The translations under genes were made by a program, and so were the position numbers. Positions 58,010 through 64,000 of a stretch of DNA of 64,000 bases are shown here, one piece after another. A model generated the notes under the pieces. It was not told where the DNA came from. It worked only from the letters and a program-made list of their open reading frames with translations, and made no database searches. Each line of letters begins with the position of its first letter. Position 1 is the first letter of the stretch. This DNA is from the human T2T-CHM13v2.0 reference genome, Homo sapiens: NCBI RefSeq assembly GCF_009914755.1, contig NC_060936.1; one strand, written 5' to 3'.

Positions 58010-61000
58010 GGGAGTATTACTTTAGACAGAAAAAAATGCCCTTCTTTTGGGATTCAAGTGATATAAGATAATAGTGCAAAATGTAAGAGGAATTTATCAT
58101 ATATTTTTTATGTCTTTCACTAAACTCTATGGCAAAATTTCAAACCAATTACTAATCCACATATTTATTGGCCATAGATAATATTGAGTGATTATAAAAC
58201 TCTAATAAAAAGATAAGTATTAGAAAAATAACACTATATGCATAGATATGTGGTTTATATGAGAGAAAACATATCTACCTTTGTCAACTCAAGGATGTAA
58301 CTGATTTGACATGCTAAGCAATATGGAGTCTTTATTCAATTCCTATAGGTGGGCTCACACACATAAATATGTAATGAGTAGCAGTCAGATAATAATTTGA
58401 TCCAAACTGTAAGTTCTATAAAGGCAGAGCTCATATTTTCTCGTTTAATACAATACCTCCAGTACCTACCACCGTCTCTAATACATAGCATGTGCTAATG
58501 TTGAATAATTACTAATTAAAAGATGTAAGTGTGACATTATTATCTCATTTTCATGATGTACACAGACATAGATTGATCATTAATATTCTAGAAATGACAC
58601 CCAAGTTATTTCAACAGGAAAAGTCAACCACAAACTAGAGTAATACCTGCTTCAAAGAGTTTCAATAATCTCAATTTCATTTTCAGGTGTCAGAGTAACA
58701 TAAGGGATGAGATAATTCAGATCCGTTGATTGAGGTTTCCTTTTATATTACAAGAGTTTGCCATACTACTACAATGATGAAACTACTTCATTTTCATAAT
58801 TTAAGTTTTTCACTTAAAAACTCCTAAATTATAAGACCATAGTTCAAGATGTAACTCAACTGCATTGAAAGTACATGATGAAGAGATTCAGGAATGATGA
58901 TCATCTTGAGAACAGAGACATCTTAACTGTCCAACAGGTTTTGGAAGGTATTATTTCAAAAATGGATTTTTTTAAAGTTGTTATAACTGTACAAAAGAGA
59001 AAGGAAAATTGAAGCAGTAGCTATCAACGGAGGCAACTCTCACTCCTGCAACCCAAGTAGGAGGTGCTAATCAGAGAAATAAAGTATGACTGTGGAGATG
59101 GAACGAGAAGTGGCAATAAGGTCCCCTAACAATGGACAAGTATGGAATAAAGTGAATGCAGATGGTTCCACTCCTGTTACTTAATCAAAAGGCTGTGCAG
59201 AGTCACTGAAGCCAGCATAAAGTCATGTGTTAGAACAACAGCTGATCTGTATTAGAGAAGATTAACTCACAGTGCCATGGTGGAAGGCCTAGGATTATTT
59301 CATGTACTTCCATTGCCTTACAAGCCGTCAGCGCAATTATTGCCCTCCGATGTGAATGACTGATCTGTAACCACAGCTAAACAGCACGCTGCTTAGGGGC
59401 CTAGGAGCTTCATGAAGATGAATTTCCATACCATCAAAGTACTTTTAATGGGCTCCCTGATCCAACCACAAGGCCTGCTTTGCAAGTATATAGAACTCAG
59501 GATGAAGGCTTCCTGTCCAAAAGGATTTGGTCGGTTGTCACTTGACAATTCCCAGCCAGCACTGGGGAAGAGAAGGGGGAGATAGGTAGAGTTGTCTCTG
59601 CTTTGGAGGATTAAAAAAAAAAAAAAAAGGGTACAGATGCTTGCTGAATGCAACCAACTGCTGTATCCACAGCTGAATTCAATGCGCTTAACAAATAACG
59701 GCAATTTAGCTATGCTTGCGAGGAATAGCTTGAGTCACTTTGCATTAGCATCTGGCTGAGTGTTAAACTCATTTCTACGTGGGGAGCAGAGAAAAGGAAT
59801 TTCTGTTCAAGCATCCTTTCAAGAATGTTTAAATATTTGAATATAAATTCCTTTATGCTTGCTATCATTCCTTCTTAGAACTGTCACTTTGCTTTCCCCC
59901 TTCCTTTTGGTGCTTAGCTATAAAAATGTGCCCTTCTCAGGACACCAATGTCATACGTCTTATGTTGTAACACTGCAAGGGATGTATACTGAGCTATCCT
60001 TTGCTCTCTCCCCTGGACACACGATAGAATTGAAATCGTTTCTCCATCCTTAATTTTTATCATATTAGGACCAGGGAAAGAGCAGTTGTGGCAGGATCAC
60101 CCATACATTTCACCTTCCCTATGCAGATTGCCAGCTTCTTAGTGATTATACATCAAACTCCACATAAAACCTTGGAAACTAGAAAGCTATCCAAATTAGC
60201 AATCTGCTCATTCTGGACAAGTCTGTTTGACTCATAAGCTTCCCATTATGATTAACTTTCCAGTTATTGCTAAGTAGCTGATCATTTTTTCTCTTATCTA
60301 CTGGATCAATTTATCTAGAGGATTCTGTAAAGCGCACTGGGTAACATTTTAAAATTTCAGTTCAAAACATATCAACTATTCCAAAAGTACATAATTCTGA
60401 GGATTTTACAACTTATAATATTTTTCTAAATAAAACACCATGTAGGCTTAGACAAAAGGGCTTGAAATCATTGTCTCTCAGACAAATTCAGAAGTTTCAC
60501 TGGCCTTAGTTATAATACAAATAACGTCAAAGTTTTTAATAAGTACATTTTGTTTTATGATAAAGTAAAAATTTCCAGTTGTGAACTCATCTAACACTTG
60601 ACAGTGTTTTGCACTGGAAACATATTATGACAAGCTCAGGATCCTAAATACTTAGAATATGAGCATGGATATCATCCAAGCTTATGCTGATTAAAGAAGA
60701 TTCAGCATTTCAAATCCAGCTCATCCCCAAATACAAGTTAAGCATCTCTGAAAAGCAAAACTTTTAGTCAGACTCAGATATTTCAAATGCCATTTTGTTT
60801 TAATACAAGCTGGTGGCGTAAAAGGGGATATTCATTGTCAATAAGGTTTGGAGATGGATCAAGAGAATTATAACTCTTTCTATTTCCAGATGGTTTTGAT
60901 TAGGATGGCGATGAGGCCTTCTATATTAATGGAGGGAGAAAAGGGACAGAGAATCATTTTGAGGATGATAAGAAGATGGAAATATATTTTTTTTAAAAAA

Positions 61001-61046
61001 GCATTAGGCAATTTAATTAAGTATTTCTAGAAAGTAAGTTATTTTA

Positions 61047-61217
<171 letters not shown>

Positions 61218-64000
61218 TCAAAGGATATCTTTTGTATAAAAGCATGTCTAGGCTAGCGTTTAACCATAAAAATCACTTTTCTTGGTAATAGGTAGTGTCT
61301 GGCCTATAATGATTTCTCCATGGAATTTATCTAAAATGAATGAATGAATAATTGACAATGACTGATCCATATAGTCATACATAAACATGTTTCCAATATG
61401 TTCAAATATCTGTAATAAAAATATAATACCTAAGTGACATATGGTTGTTTCCAACTATTTTGAAAGAAGTTGAAAACCTAATTTTTAAGTAAATGCTTTA
61501 GTTATTATTCGAATATTATTTTGTAGTGCAAATATAAAACCCATTTTTAATTTTTTTTCCTGCAAGGAACATTTGAATTTTAGCACAGAATTTAGGTATT
61601 CATAATTATGACTATGATTATTGAGTCTCTCCTAGTATTAGAAAGGCCACATAAGAGGGTCTGTATAGCACTATTAAGTTTGTTATATACAGAAGAAATA
61701 AATCATTATTTGACGGAAGAGTATTTTCTTCCTAAAAATCCATTTATGGTGAAATAAACCACAGGTGGCAGTGGTTTGCTATTGATGCAAACTTGTAATA
61801 GTTAGGCTAAATTTCAAGCACAGAATGTAACCAAGCACCTGTAATTGTTTGATAAGAAATTGTGGCTACTCTTGACTATAGTCACACTTAATTCACACTC
61901 TTAATAAGATGGCCAAATGATCAGCTTATGTATGCAACTCCACAGTCCATGGTTAGTAATACACACTACCAAAATATTGCTGTTACAAAATAACAGGTGT
62001 AACAACCAAAACTAATTTTTACTTAATTTTATTTTTAACACTGGTCATTTATTTATTTGATGCATATTAGTACGATGATCTGCATGACATTAGACGTACG
62101 TTAGTACTGAGGGAAAAAGATTGTTTTGCAAATATTTAAAGAAAAGCTAATATCTCATCTTTCTCTCTCCCTATCTTTTAACTAGGGCATAAAATGGCAT
62201 AAAATGAATCTGTAATACGAAACTGCCCAGAAAAGGGACTTGTTTGTGACACGAGGCTAAATCTAACCAGATCCATTGGTGAATTGTGACAGATGGAGGG
62301 ACTGTGAGACAGAAGGCAGGCACTAATCACACATAAAATGACCGGCTTGCCTCAACATGTTCCATGGATTCCAGCAAACTTTACACCCTAATCCATTTTT
62401 AGAACAAAAAACATCTGGGCCATAAATCCTCTAATCTGCCAAAACACGCTATTAAATCCCATGATTTGTTGAAAAACACTAAGATTAAAGAAAGGAAATA
62501 TAAAATGGCTAACTGCCGTGTTAGGAAAGTGTTATTAATACTCTTTGTCTCAATTATGAATGTTCTGGTACTAAGAGCCTTGTCTAATCATGTCAGATTA
62601 CACATCCTTGTTGTATTGCTAGACTCTTCTATCTGATCTGCTGATTGCCAAAAAACATAGAATATGTTCTTGCTGCTTAAACGTTTCTATTGAAGAAACC
62701 GATGTCAGAAACTGATGTAGTACTTCAGTGCTGGCAGGTTTCTAAATGATCCATGCCTCTTCCCCTGTTAGTATGCGCAGAGTAGACCTGGTCCTCTGAT
62801 CTCCTTGAGGCAGAAAGAAAAGTTCCAGTGTAGGCGATAGAAAAGGGAAGCTTGAGAGTGATTATATATTTTGCCTTTCAGAGCTAAATTCATTGGAACT
62901 TATTCAAAGAACAAAACATCTCTGCTCATTATAAACACAATAGTGAATTGAAAACAACTCTAAACCTAGAACAGATCTTCAGAGTTAATATTTACTGTAA
63001 AAGATGGTTGTATTTTATTATCCTCAACATCCTAATTTGGATCTCCTGTACATCATTCTTAATGTATAATTCTTGAACTTGTTCATGAACAATATTACTC
63101 TAGATAGAAATACAACTCTTACATGACCGTGATGGTCTTGGTATATGTTCATTTAGTAATATCTTAAGAGGATCAGTCTGATTTTCTTATGCTCTAACCC
63201 CTGTTTATACGCAACCTGGCATCATACATTTTTGTAGTCTATTTAGCTTCTATGTAGTCTAATTAGCTTCTCCAGAACACAAATATATTTGAAATGGCTT
63301 GGCACATGGCACTGAATAAAAGCATGAATTCTTTATGCTTTTTAGGGACTGCCAAGATAACATTGTGTAGGAAAAATGATTAATATAGATGCAAGAGGAA
63401 TGTAAATTATTATGAGGGGGAGTAACTGACAGACCTATGTTCTGTAATGGTTATTTCCAATTTGAGATGTGTGTTTCTGTGCAGGTAGAAATAACTGTTC
63501 ACTTTAAAATAAACATTCTTGCTTTTAGAGACTCTTGAGTTTTAGTTATAATGCTGTATGAAATGTTAACATTTGTATCTGCTATGTTAAATCATAAAGC
63601 CATGTATATATGACAACATTCAATCTTAATATGATTGTTTGCTGGTTCTTTACAGTTTGTTCTCCTCATAGTCACCAAATCCTTAACCCTGCTGACTCCG
63701 TCTCCCTCAGCAAATGGCTTTGCCTCTGATTTTGCAAAGAGCAGCAAGGCTGAACTCTCACCTTCCTGACCCTACCCTCACTCTTACTTTCTGCTGGCTT
63801 AATTTATTTCCATTTATGCCTATTTTGCTCCTCCTGTTTCAATAAAAATGGTTCCTTGCTTTCAATCAAGGCAAATCTCCTAATAAGAGTTCTAGATTTC
63901 TATATGTCTTCATTGATAATTCTATTTCTCATTTATATCATCTATCTAATTGTCTCTACCATCTCTACCACCTCAACTTGTAGATACTTAAGGTTCTCTT

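Overview
Primate (human-like) genomic DNA, AT-rich and repeat-rich. The only host gene I can support is the 3' end of SOX5 (SoxD HMG-box transcription factor) on the minus strand. It has five coding exons (61056-61201, 44115-44223, 41010-41183, 34252-34468, 32018-32321; 950 coding nt, all GT-AG, phases join in frame) and a multi-kb 3' UTR with several candidate poly(A) signals. Downstream of the gene (lower coordinates) lie a MER4-group solo LTR, a complete two-LTR HERV-H/LTR7 provirus (3440-9183, TSD TTCAA) and a near full-length L1PA element (about 13254-18889). That L1's 5' UTR lacks exactly the intron between the known L1 splice donor and acceptor, making it a spliced retrocopy (SpIRE97/622 type). 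Alus, short L1 ends, MIR, CR1/L3, DNA-transposon relics and microsatellites make up the rest. I found no convincing evidence of a wholly new biological system. The most unusual structures are the spliced L1, a 153-bp LTR12 remnant joining the two LTR termini in inverted orientation, a 41-bp inverted templated copy inside the MER4-group LTR, a (GT)11(GC)9 tract in the SOX5 3' UTR and a possible distal 3' UTR extension. Repeat subfamily names come from recalled consensus sequences, not from a database search.
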